The notes under the pieces are model-generated. The model saw only the letters and a program-made list of their open reading frames with translations. It searched no databases and was not told the DNA's origin. This document shows, one piece after another, positions 51,984-61,749 of a stretch of 61,749 nt of DNA. The stretch is from Negaprion brevirostris (lineage: Eukaryota), in the NCBI GenBank assembly GCA_030324005.1, contig JARDVH010000163.1:30854103-30915851 (forward strand). The letters are read 5' to 3'. The number at the start of each line of letters is the position of its first letter. The stretch's first letter is position 1. Both the position numbers and the translations under genes were made by a program.

Positions 51984-52025
51984 ACTCACAAGCTTTCAAG
52001 GGGACACCCTCTTCGTCAGGTGAAT
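51984..52025 (-). ncRNA. Minimal type I hammerhead ribozyme motif
   Basis: Minus strand: attcac-CTGACGA-A-GAGGG tgtc CCCTT-GAAA-GC-TT-gtgagt. Confidence 0.75.
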
Positions 52026-52169
52026 GGAGNNNNNNNNNNNNNNNNNNNNNNNNNNNNNNNNNNNNNNNNNNNNNNNNNNNNNNNNNNNNNNNNNNNNNNN
52101 NNNNNNNNNNNNNNNNNNNNNNNNNNNNNCAACACCAGGTTTTAGTCCAACCGATTTATTTGATAATAG

Positions 52170-52206
52170 ACTCACGAGCTTTCGAGGGGACACCCTCTTC
52201 GTCAGG
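52170..52206 (-). ncRNA. Hammerhead motif with perfect stem II, 5' stem I arm truncated
   Basis: Minus strand: c-CTGACGA-A-GAGGG tgtc CCCTC-GAAA-GC-TC-gtgagt. Confidence 0.7.
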
Positions 52207-52218
52207 CCAGAACTCTCC

Positions 52219-52260
52219 ATTCACCTGACGAAGAGGGTGTCCCCTTGAAAGCTCGTGAGT
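52219..52260 (+). ncRNA. Minimal type I hammerhead ribozyme motif
   Basis: attcac-CTGACGA(52225-52231)-A-GAGGG tgtc CCCTT-GAAA(52247-52250)-GC-TC-gtgagt; 6-bp stem I with one GU pair; predicted cleavage after 52254. Confidence 0.8.
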
Positions 52261-52681
52261 CTATTAGGAACTATCATTCACAGAGAACTTTGGATTTACC
52301 TTATACTTGCATTTTGTTTTACTTTTGTGTAAGAATATTTTTGTATAAATGTAACCAACAAGTGAATTCAAAGACTCCTAAATCATTTCACTGATGAATG
52401 TTAGTACGAATTTGTTGAGAATGGCCCATATTTGGAAATCAGTAACAAAATCCACACTGACTTTACACTTAAAGGACAGGGTTATAATAGGAACATTAGA
52501 TAAGAGAGTGTTTGCTGGAATGGCTACAAATCTAGTCCCCATCTACAGCCTGAAAACATAATAACTGAATTATACTGAGTATATATTTTGAGTCTCTTTG
52601 GTATATATTTTTGAACAATTTCTATGAATTTGCTTTTATATTCACCCACTGATTTAAATACTTTATATTTGGAATCCAATT

Positions 52682-53000
52682 GCATCAGCTGTGGATCAGT
52701 TGATAACACCTTCATCTCTGCACTACAAGGTCCTGGGTTCACGTCCCATTCTAGGGATTGAGCACACGAAAACCAAGGTTGATACTCCAGTGCAGTACTG
52801 AGGGATCACTGATGGGAGCCTTTCTCTTGGGGTGTTAAACTAAGATCCCACTTGCCTGTTCAGATGAATTTAAAAGATCCCTTGGTACTATTTGGAAGAA
52901 GAGCAAGGGAGTTAACCTGGAGTGTTAGTCAATATCTATTGTTCAATTGACATCACAAAAGAACAGATTATTTGGTCACCATCACATTGTGAACTACAGA
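52682..53000 (+). mobile_element. Deu-domain SINE (SacSINE1-like)
   Basis: tRNA-like head (gggttcacgtccc), 'ctccagtgcagtactgaggga', 'aaaagatccc..tatttggaagaagagca' Deu-type body. Confidence 0.78.
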
Positions 53001-53101
53001 TNNNNNNNNNNNNNNNNNNNNNNNNNNNNNNNNNNNNNNNNNNNNNNNNNNNNNNNNNNNNNNNNNNNNNNNNNNNNNNNNNNNNNNNNNNNNNNNNNNN
53101 N

Positions 53102-53229
53102 AACATCAGGTTAAAGTCCAAAATATTAAGAAGTCTCACAACATCAGGTTAAAGTCCAAAATATTTACAACTGTACAGGTTTAGAACAGCTTTGGACTTT
53201 AACCTCGTGTTGTGAGACTTCTTACTGTG
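53102..53229. mobile_element. Penelope-like pLTR fragments, family 1 (direct and inverted)
   Basis: aagaagtctcacaacatcaggttaaagtccaaa and its inverse tttggactttaacctcgtgttgtgagacttctt. Confidence 0.75.
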
Positions 53230-53515
53230 ACTATCTAGAAGGACAAGAGCAGCAGATACCTGGGAAGATCACCACCCGAAGGTTCCTCTCCAAGCCACTC
53301 ACCATCTTGACTTGGAAGTATATTGCTGTTCCTTCACTGCCTTTGGGTCAAAGTACTGGAACTTCCTACCTAACATTACTGCGGGTGTACCTACATCTCA
53401 GGGATTGCAGCAATTCAAGAAGGCAGTTTATCACCACCTTCTCAAGGGTAACTAGGAACAGGCAATTAATGCTAGCCTAGCTAGTAATGTCCACATTCCA
53501 CAAACAAATAAAAAA
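53230..53515 (+). mobile_element. Crack/Zenon-like LINE 3' fragment
   Basis: Homologous to 21385-21650 and 44935-45190. Confidence 0.78.
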
Positions 53516-53651
53516 AGCTGTTAGAAAATTTGTTCATCTTGTGCCCTAGTCTGCAATGTATTCTACGTTTGAAACAGCTGTTCAAAACATACCACTTGGG
53601 ACTATAAATGTATTTTACTTAAATAGTATTTATGTAACATGCAAAAGTATA

Positions 53652-54170
53652 GGGTGGAACTTTCCCAAAATTAGTCCAAGTGTCAGGTTCAGACTAAAAA
53701 CCCCATCACAGGCATCCGGCACCCCAGCCTTCCCTCCACACATAAGATGAACCTCCTCAATGGGACACTCCAGAGGGTGCAGCCCTGGCAGTGCCAACTA
53801 GATACTATGCCAGGGGGCATACCAAAGCACTACCCAGCCCTGTCCCTCACCACCTGGTGGCTATACTTACCTGTGCACCACCCCTCCCCCCAGTGTGTCA
53901 TCATGACTGGGTTTTGTGTTTGCAAACCAAGAGTGATTCACGCCATTATGACATATTGCTAGGTGGCTGGAATGATACAATGAAGGCAGACATTAAACCC
54001 TATAATGACATTCAAATTTATTACAAAATATGCAAATATGGCTTACACTCTTTCTGGGGGTGAATCTGTTCCAGTCTTTGGAGCGGGGGGCTGGGAAGAT
54101 TGCGTTGGAAATCTTGCTGGTGCAAACCCGTTGTTTATTTCTCACGAGATTTAGTGCCGCTTGGGGTATT
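53652..54170. mobile_element. Harbinger-like MITE
   Basis: Starts gggtggaactttccc; GC-rich 'ggcagtgcc' body. Confidence 0.5.
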
Positions 54171-54759
54171 TGCATTCACAGCTAGTGCCACTGCTCAATT
54201 GTGGTCATAGTTCTGAACGTTGCACACCTGGGCTTTGGAACAGAGGCAACAATCACAGAACTGTGCCACTAGCTGCTAGGAGGAGTTCTGTGAGATGAGG
54301 TTGGCCAATGGGTTCGACAATGAACACCCAGTCTAAATATGAAATTTCTAACATAAGTGTTAAATTATGTGGGAAAAATTTTCTCCATGATGTCCTTTTA
54401 TTTATTAAATATTAAATGATTAAAAACTGCAACGCATTTAATTGGATGCACTATTAACAATGTTTCAAATGCGTACAAAAATTGTGAGACATTTACACAA
54501 TCAAAAGAAAGGTTTTGGCCGGAATGTTGCTGCCATTCGTGCCGGTGGGATTTTCCCATCCTGCCGCAGTGAATGGAGATTTAACAGGCCACCGAATTTC
54601 CCGACCCCGGTGCAGAAGGAGCGTGGCATGAATGGCCAGTAAGATCGCACCCTTTGTTTAAATGAAGATTTTGTTTTAGTTTGATTAAGGCACTGTTTGA
54701 AGCTTAAACGTTAAATGAAACACACTGTACAATACATACATTATTCAGCTGTTTATGTC

Positions 54760-55195
54760 AGTGGTGCCTCAGTTGGTAGCACTCTCGCTTCTGATTCATA
54801 AGGTTCTGGTTCAAGATACATCGGAACATCAAAGTCAAGGATAAATCCTCCAGTACAGTACTGCATTGTTAAAGAAATCAGCATTTAGATGCGTTGCTGA
54901 ACTGAGGCTCCACCTGCTTGCTAGTGTGGATGTAAAGGACCCTGTGGCACTATCTCAAAGTAGAGCAGGGGAGTTATCCCTGGTGACCTGGCCCATACCT
55001 GTCCTTCAATCAACATCGCAAGAAACAGATGACCTAGCCATTTTAACATTGCTGTTTGTGGCTGTTTGCAGTGTGCAAATTAGCTGCCACATTTTCTCTG
55101 CTGCAGTATTGCACTTCAAACAGTATCGTTGGCCTTCAAGTGCTTTGGGACGCCCAGTGGTTATGTAAAGCGCTATCTATATATGTTCAAGTATT
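54760..55195 (+). mobile_element. Deu-domain SINE (SacSINE1-like), near full length
   Basis: Head cctcagttggtagcactctcgcttctgattcataagg..ggttcaag, Deu-type body, tail gtgctttgggacg..aaagcgctat. Confidence 0.82.
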
Positions 55196-57949
55196 TATTT
55201 TGGTCGTGGCGATGCCTTTGATTTTTTTGCTTATGTATAATTAGGATCCTCTATGTGACTATCTGAGGGAAGCTATCCGGATTACAGTTTACAATGTGAG
55301 ATAATGCAAGTATTGATACCGCCATAGCCTGACCAATGTTAGTGTCAGGATTTTTTTTAAATAAAAGCAAAGTAAATGGAAAAAGAGAGACTTCTGTTTG
55401 CATATCGCGCCTTTCACAGCCTCAAAATGGCATGCAGGGCTTTAGAAATGTAGGGTGAAATTCTCTGATGTCCCAGCTGATGAGATCAATGGTGGGTGGG
55501 GAGGGGAGGAGTGTGGGGTCGGGGGGAGTAGAATTCAGCGCGAGGATCAAAATTTTGTTCCTCACTAACATGAATTTACAATGAGATCTTCTGACGCTGC
55601 CTGCCGTGGCTGATCGGGAATCCTGCTTGAGCTAAACTGATTTGCATCCGGCTAATTGGAGGCAAATGAAACTCCCCCCCACACCGATTTGCTGTTACAC
55701 AAGTCAGGAACATCTGGACCAGTGTGATGAACCAAAGTCTGGACTTACCGGCATAGCCTAATCAATACTTGTGTCAGGGCCTTGCTCAGATGGTGAATAT
55801 CCAATGAGAAGAAGGTTCATAGGAGGTGCACAGCTATCAGACCCTGGAGGGACATATGAATAGCATAGTGGGTGGGTGGGTGCACCTGACCACCCAACCA
55901 TGTAGCTCTCCAAAGGTGGGAGGTCTCCACGCAGCAACTTTGACTTTGCTTCTGCTTTGGATCTTCAGGGACTTTGACATGGGCTTGCATCATCTTCCAT
56001 GGCTGATGCTTTGGGCCCACTTTGGAACTTCAGCGACTTTACCATGAGTTAGTAACATTGCAACAAAGTCAAAGGGGATTGGGGTGGGGGGGGGTNNNNN
56101 NNNNNNNNNNNNNNNNNNNNNNNNNNNNNNNNNNNNNNNNNNNNNNNNNNNNNNNNNNNNNNNNNNNNNNNNNNNNNNNNNNNNNNNNNNNNNNNNNNNN
56201 NNNNNNNNNNNNNNNNNNNNNNNNNNNNNNNNNNNNNNNNNNNNNNNNNNNNNNNNNNNNNNNNNNNNNNNNNNNNNNNNNNNNNNNNNNNNNNNNNNNN
56301 NNNNNNNNNNNNNNNNNNNNNNNNNNNNNNNNNNNNNNNNNNNNNNACATACAAAGAAGGGGCTTATGGAGTCAGTAACTACATTTGGGGGGAGGAGGGG
56401 TGAACGCAAAGTGGACATGGTAGATGTGGATGGTTACAATAACGGGAGACAGAGGGAGCCAGTAGTGTGAGAGGACAAGGATGTGACAGTATCAATAGAA
56501 GGGGCACCGAGGATTGTTGATGGGGATACAGTGTGGGGGGTGGGGGGTGGCGGCGGGGGCAAGAGGGTGGAATGAGGAAGTCAATGTGGATAGGGGTGGG
56601 TGCACCTTCACCTGGACATTTGTGGAGAAGTGTTTTGGCTGTAGGATAACAGTGAGGAGATCAAAGGTGGTGCTGGGGTGGTGGGGCAGAGGGGAGCTAA
56701 ATAAAACATTGACAATTTTTCCAAATGGAAAGTGAGGAGACTGTTGCATTGGACAAGCACAGAACCTGCATGGGAGTGAGTGGACAGAGACACTGGTAGC
56801 TCAGGTGGACAACTGCAGGAGAACCCCCGTGGACAGCACTGGAAAAGCTGGGGACAGTTGGGTGAGTGTGATGGATGGAGGATCTTTGTGCAAGGGGAGG
56901 AGGGCGGGAAGGGGGTGGTGATCTGTTTGAACATGGCTCTGGAAGGCTCTGCCGCAGACATTTTCCTCTGGAGTCACGACTGCCTGTAGCTAAACCATTA
57001 GTGTTGGCAGGAGGGGGGGGGGTGGGGGCGGGGGGTGAGNNNNNNNNNNNNNNNNNNNNNNNNNNNNNNNNNNNNNNNNNNNNNNNNNNNNNNNNNNNNN
57101 NNNNNNNNNNNNNNNNNNNNNNNNNNNNNNNNNNNNNNNGAGGGGCCTCGCAAAGCTGATCTGATGATGCTGAAAATCAAGAGTAGACATTATTTAGTGA
57201 GAGTGAATGTATTTGTAGATAATACAGTGACAGTGTTCACCTGTGCACTCATCACTTGTGATCTGAATTTCTTGATTTTATGTGCCTCCTCGTTCCTCTA
57301 GTCACTACTTTAACATCCAGAACTGGGTTGCAGGCGGCCTGTAGATTGTTTGCCATGTTGCCTCTGATGGCTTCAGCAGCACCATTACATCAGAGAGCAG
57401 GCAGGCTGACTCCTCTGCCTTGCGTGTCTCTTTCTTAATTGAATCCAACAGCTCTGCCCGATGTCACCCAGCCTCCTGCTCACCATGAGCTGGAAAGTTA
57501 ATTCCAGAGGTTTGTCATCGAACCAAAACCCTCAGCTGCCCATCGAGAGCTGGGAAATTTGGCTGATCCTGCCTCCTCCTGCTGCGGGCATGGATCTGTG
57601 CCGTGACCACAGTTTGAGAGACCTTTCCTGAATTGGTACTAATACCCACTGAGTGTGTGTTCCTGAGCTGGTGGGGGTGGGGTGAAAGAAATGTGCTGTG
57701 ATGCCTCTACAGCTGGGGAGCTCTCCTCTTCTCCTCCCTCCTGGCTAATCGTTGGGCTGGGGTTGAGGTCTGATTGGGAGTCCTCCTCTTCCTCCTTAGG
57801 CCTGGGTCTCGTACTGGAGGTACCTTTAAGTGAGATAAGAAACTGTAAGTGACAGCATCAGCTGCATTCAACAGGGAGGCACGATCAACCCTCATATTTA
57901 CATTGAATGGATGAATTCTTTCTGGGAGGACGCTCAAGGCCGAGCTCCT

Positions 57950-58375
57950 CCTTGCCAATGGCTCTTTCCTGCTCCACTCCTGTGAGCTATGATGCCCTCT
58001 CCCTGCGTTCTGTCATAGACCTGAGAAACATTGCCTTCAATAACTCTACCAACACTGTCTTCCCACGTTTCCTATGATTGTGACAGAGCTTTTCCTGCGC
58101 AAAGAAAAGAACATGTTTGTGAGGATTCACAGGGATTGGAGCTTTGGAATGATTTTGGAATCATTCCTCCCCTGGTAAGATAGCCCACTTCTGAGTGGCT
58201 GGTCATCACTGCTGTGAATTGGGCAGAAGGTTTATGGATTAGCTCTCTCCAGAACGCTGAGCACATCCACATGTAAAGGCAAGGCTCATGTGATTTGCTG
58301 AGGTTGCTGGTTCCCCCCCATGCCTACGCCAGTCTCAACTCAGCCCACTTCCTCTGTGCCCATGCCACCCGCCCA

Positions 58376-58413
<38 letters not shown>

Positions 58414-58720
58414 ACACTGCCATTGTCACTGGTCTTTGGACCTAGACTTATTGAAGTCTTTGTGGTTTATGTAACTCTCAATGAGCTTCCCTGGCAGAGC
58501 CAATAAAGTAATTCATCCTCTTCTGGTACTGTGTTAGCTGAATCTTGTGACCCTTCGGGCACTGACACCATTGTCTACCTGCACTAATGCAGCATCAGTT
58601 TCCCTGCTTGACTTCCTCCTCCCATTAGATGTGTGGAACACATTCCTGAACATCTCACGTGGTCGAGAAGGACACGTAAGGAAGTGTCATTGAATTTCAG
58701 AGCAGTGCCAGTGGATGACT
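57950..58720 (-). pseudogene. PIF/Harbinger Myb/SANT-like gene remnant, two exons
   Basis: LKFNDTSLRVLLDHVR / VFHTSNGRRKSSRETDAALVQVDNGVSARRVT / TQYQKRMNYFIGSAR, acceptor ttttctttgcgcag, exon 2 EKLCHNHRKRGKT. Confidence 0.7.
58376..58417. repeat. (CA)n microsatellite
   Basis: Direct observation. Confidence 0.92.
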
Positions 58721-58754
58721 GTGCAGACAATTTTCTGTGTGGCACAGCAGTGCA

Positions 58755-59120
58755 GGGCAGCACGGTGACACAGTGGTTAGCACTGCTGCCTTGTAGCGCC
58801 AGGGCCCCGGTTTCAATTTCAGACTTGGGCGATTGTGTGGCATTTGCACATTCTTCCTGTGTCTGTGTGGATTTGCCTTGGATGTTCTGGTTTCCTCCCA
58901 CAGTCCAAAGATGAGTAGGTTAGGTGAATTGCCCATGTTAAAATGCCCCTTAGTATCCAAAGGGTTTATAGGTAAAGTGAATTAGCTGTGGTAAAGGCGC
59001 AGGGATAGGGTTTTTGGGGGGTAGGAGGGATGTAAGATACTCTTTCGGAGAGTTGGTGCAGAATCGATTCAGCCATTTGGCCTCCTTCTGCACTGTATGG
59101 GTTCTATGAATCTATGATTC
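58755..59120 (+). mobile_element. HE1-type V-SINE, full length
   Basis: gggcagcacggtgacacagtggttagc head, V-domain, CR1-like (ttctatga)n tail. Confidence 0.9.
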
Positions 59121-59514
59121 TGTTTTTGGTCTGATATTGTGGGCACCGTTTCACCTTTCAAATATGGAGCCCAATTATGACAACGGGACATATGCCACCA
59201 AGTCTGGCCCATCATGGAAAATGGTGCAAAATCCCCAAATGTATAATTAATTACGTCGGGGCCGCCCCGGCAGGAAACATTTCCCTCTCCCACCCCCAAC
59301 CCCACACCAGATTTGGTCCCAGCTGGAAGGAGTCTCCCTGTAGTCACTGTCGTAATATGTATACTATGTGGTATACATGGCATACATTATTCATTTTTCT
59401 TTTATGTTCAGGATCTGCTCTCCTTTCCTGCATTTCTTGGTAGCAGGAGTTCTAAAGTAACTTCAATAATTGGCCATGCTTCATTGATGCACATAGTCCA
59501 AACTAACAATTTCT

Positions 59515-59760
59515 ATCAGCTACAAAGACAAGGGCAGCAGTTACTTGTTAACACTACCACTTGTTCCCCTCCCAGACATACATCACCCTAAGCTTGGAAA
59601 TATATCACCGTTCCTTCATTGTCACTGGAACTCCTTTCCTGACAGCACTGTGGATGTACCTACATCACATGGTTGTTACCACCATCTTCTCAAGGGCAAT
59701 TAAGGAGACAATAAAAATGCTGGCCTAGCCCATAATGTCCACATCCCATGAAAGAATTTT
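59515..59760 (+). mobile_element. Crack/Zenon-like LINE 3' fragment
   Basis: Homologous to 53240-53515. Confidence 0.72.
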
Positions 59761-59821
59761 TAATACAGTGAAATAATAATGTCTGTAATCCTACAGAGCT
59801 GCAAAAAGATAAAAAGTTAAA

Positions 59822-60113
59822 AAAGTTGACTTGTTAGTCACAAGTAGGCTTATATTAGTATTGCAATGAAGTTCCTGTAGAAATCCCCTAGTCGTCATGC
59901 TCTTGCGCCTGTTCAGGTGCATTGAGAGAGAATTTAGCATGGCCGATGCACCTAACCAGCATGCCTTTCAGACTGTGGGAGCAAACCAGAGCACCCGGAG
60001 GAAACTTGCTCTGACATGGGAGAACATACAAACTCCACACAGACAGCGACCAAAGCTGGGAATCAAACCTGGGTCCCTGGCGCTGTGAGGCAGCAGTGCT
60101 AACTACTGTGCCA
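59822..60113 (-). mobile_element. V-SINE with alternative tail
   Basis: Antisense of the 17748-18045 type. Confidence 0.88.
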
Positions 60114-60261
60114 GATTTGAAGAAAATCATTTAGTTTTCAAAACTGCAAAATGTTTCTTTAAATATTCTTGCAGAACGAAAGTTTAGTTGAAGCACATTG
60201 CTACATGTGGGCTTTGTTGTAACCATTAAGGACAGCAGTTGGATTGAAAAAGTAAACCTGT

Positions 60262-60485
60262 ATTGTATCTATCTGGGTTTCCTCTGGGTGCTCTAGTTTC
60301 CTCCCAGACTCCAAACGTGTGCAGATTAGGTGGATTGGCCAAGTTAAAGTGGTCCTTAGTATCTGGGGGATTCACAGGGTTAATACATGGGGTTAAGGGG
60401 ATAGGATTTTGGTGGGATTATTGTCAATGCAGTGTCAATGGGCCAAATGGCCTCCTTCTGCGCTGTAGGGATTCTATGATTCTAT
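60262..60485 (+). mobile_element. HE1-type V-SINE lacking head
   Basis: V-domain through gattctatgattcta tail. Confidence 0.85.
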
Positions 60486-61749
60486 AATTTTTTTACTCAA
60501 TCTTTACTATAGGGAAAATATCTGATCATTATTAAAAATGAAGTCAGACTAACATAAATAATGCATATATCGTATGGCAAAGACTACATAAGAGATAGTT
60601 ACCTACAACGGATGTAATTGCTTCAAAGCAGGTGGCCTGAGATAAAGCAGAGACAATCAGAGCTATTAACCATTTTCTACCTCAGTTCAGAAAACAAACA
60701 CTGCCCAGTGGTGCAGAGACAGCTGAGAGCTGAGCCAATTCACTTGGAAAGGAGAACAAACAAGAGAAGCTCTAAAGCTTCATATTAAATTGAAACCATT
60801 GTCATTGAGTGTCCCATCCACCTTTCGACAATAGCCTAGGCAAGCCCCTTTTCTTTCAGTGCACCTCAGCTTAATGAAACATAGTACAGTGTCTGGGGTC
60901 CCAGACAAGTCATTTTTTTTTACAGATTCTGTAAACAATCTGGGTAAACAAGAGGTTTGAGTGTGCACTCTTCCCCAGTCATGGGTTATTTCCTGGAGAG
61001 ACTAATTGGGCTGTCCCTTCATTCCACAGGTTTACTNNNNNNNNNNATTTCTTTGTGTTATCACTTCACCTGCATCTAAAGGTTCACTCATCACGTTGTT
61101 TTAATTTCATGCAATTTGATCAAAAGTTATTATGTTAGTCAGTTATTGAGTCTTAGATTTCAAGGAATTTGTAGACAACAAGCTTTTGCTGACAATGCAA
61201 TTGGTTTATTGTGCCTAAGAGTTTCCCACAATTTCTACTCTAAATATATTTGCTTTAGGATTGTCTTAAGATGGAAATTGAAATGCAAAGAGCAATGGAA
61301 ATTCACACACAATAAATATATATAACCTCATTGTAAAAGCAATTTTGTTTCATGCTTTTATTTTTAACTATCATATTGGCCCATAACTTCTGGTTTTCCT
61401 AACATTGCATTTAGGGGGCACCCCAGTGAAGTGCTAGGAAATTCCTCCAGGAAGTTCCCACGTAAGAGTTTACCTGGCAACTGTCCAGAAGTGCTGATTT
61501 TCCCTAGACAATTGCACTGGAGAAAAGCATCGGACAGAAGCAATTTAAATTGCTAACTTCAGTTGGTTCTGCCAGTTTTACCCTGATGTTACTCTGAAAG
61601 AGAAGGAGAAAAAATACTTCTAATTCCAGGGTAACTATCAAAACACCCAGACCCAACCTTACAAAGGACACCACACAAACACACAACCCTCCAAAAGGAC
61701 CTACCACAGCACCCCACCCGTGGCTCACCCTCCCTAATCCTGATCTGAC

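Larger units (their letters stand above)
51895..52265. mobile_element. Penelope-like element, family 1, with tandem and inverted pLTR copies
   Basis: Perfect 13-bp TSD aggaactatcatt at 51882-51894 and 52266-52278; three hammerhead motifs; contains a 100-N gap. Confidence 0.9.
55453..59340 (-). mobile_element. Decayed PIF/Harbinger-type DNA transposon (boundaries approximate)
   Basis: TIR-like gggtgaaattctc at left, Myb/SANT remnant at 57.9-58.7 kb; transposase not recognised. Confidence 0.5.

Noticed and set aside
53102-53164. Tandem 25-nt repeat beside a gap
   Set aside because: Identical copies abutting a gap; likely assembly artefact
51895-53229. CRISPR-like repeat array
   Set aside because: Repeats are dispersed pLTR fragments in both orientations with no regular spacers or cas genes; the DNA is eukaryotic
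2807-57301. Long ORFs made of X residues in the ORF track
   Set aside because: They span N gaps and carry no coding information
55700-57550. Harbinger DDE transposase ORF
   Set aside because: No catalytic motifs recognisable in the non-gap sequence

Overview
Eukaryotic, repeat-dense, gappy scaffold DNA from a cartilaginous fish (shark). The call rests on HE1-type tRNA-derived V-SINEs, Deu-domain (SacSINE1-like) SINEs, CR1 and Rex1-type LINE remnants and shark-type Penelope-like repeats. No intact host protein-coding gene, rRNA, tRNA or CRISPR array is visible; ORF-track entries are transposon remnants, N-gap artefacts or chance ORFs. The window holds a decayed Gypsy LTR element (14.4-18.2 kb) with three nested insertions, two decayed PIF/Harbinger elements keeping a two-exon Myb/SANT gene, many LINE/SINE fragments and a few repeat-free, enhancer-like stretches. 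The most interesting signal is a set of short, ORF-less, palindromic, TSD-flanked Penelope-type elements carrying minimal type I hammerhead ribozyme motifs (stem I-CUGANGA-A-stem II-GAAA-palindromic stem III-UH). Stem II differs in sequence between subfamilies but keeps its pairing. Hammerheads in Penelope-like elements are a known class; whether these shark mini-elements are described could not be checked. Family names come from motif recognition, not database searches, and most boundaries are approximate.
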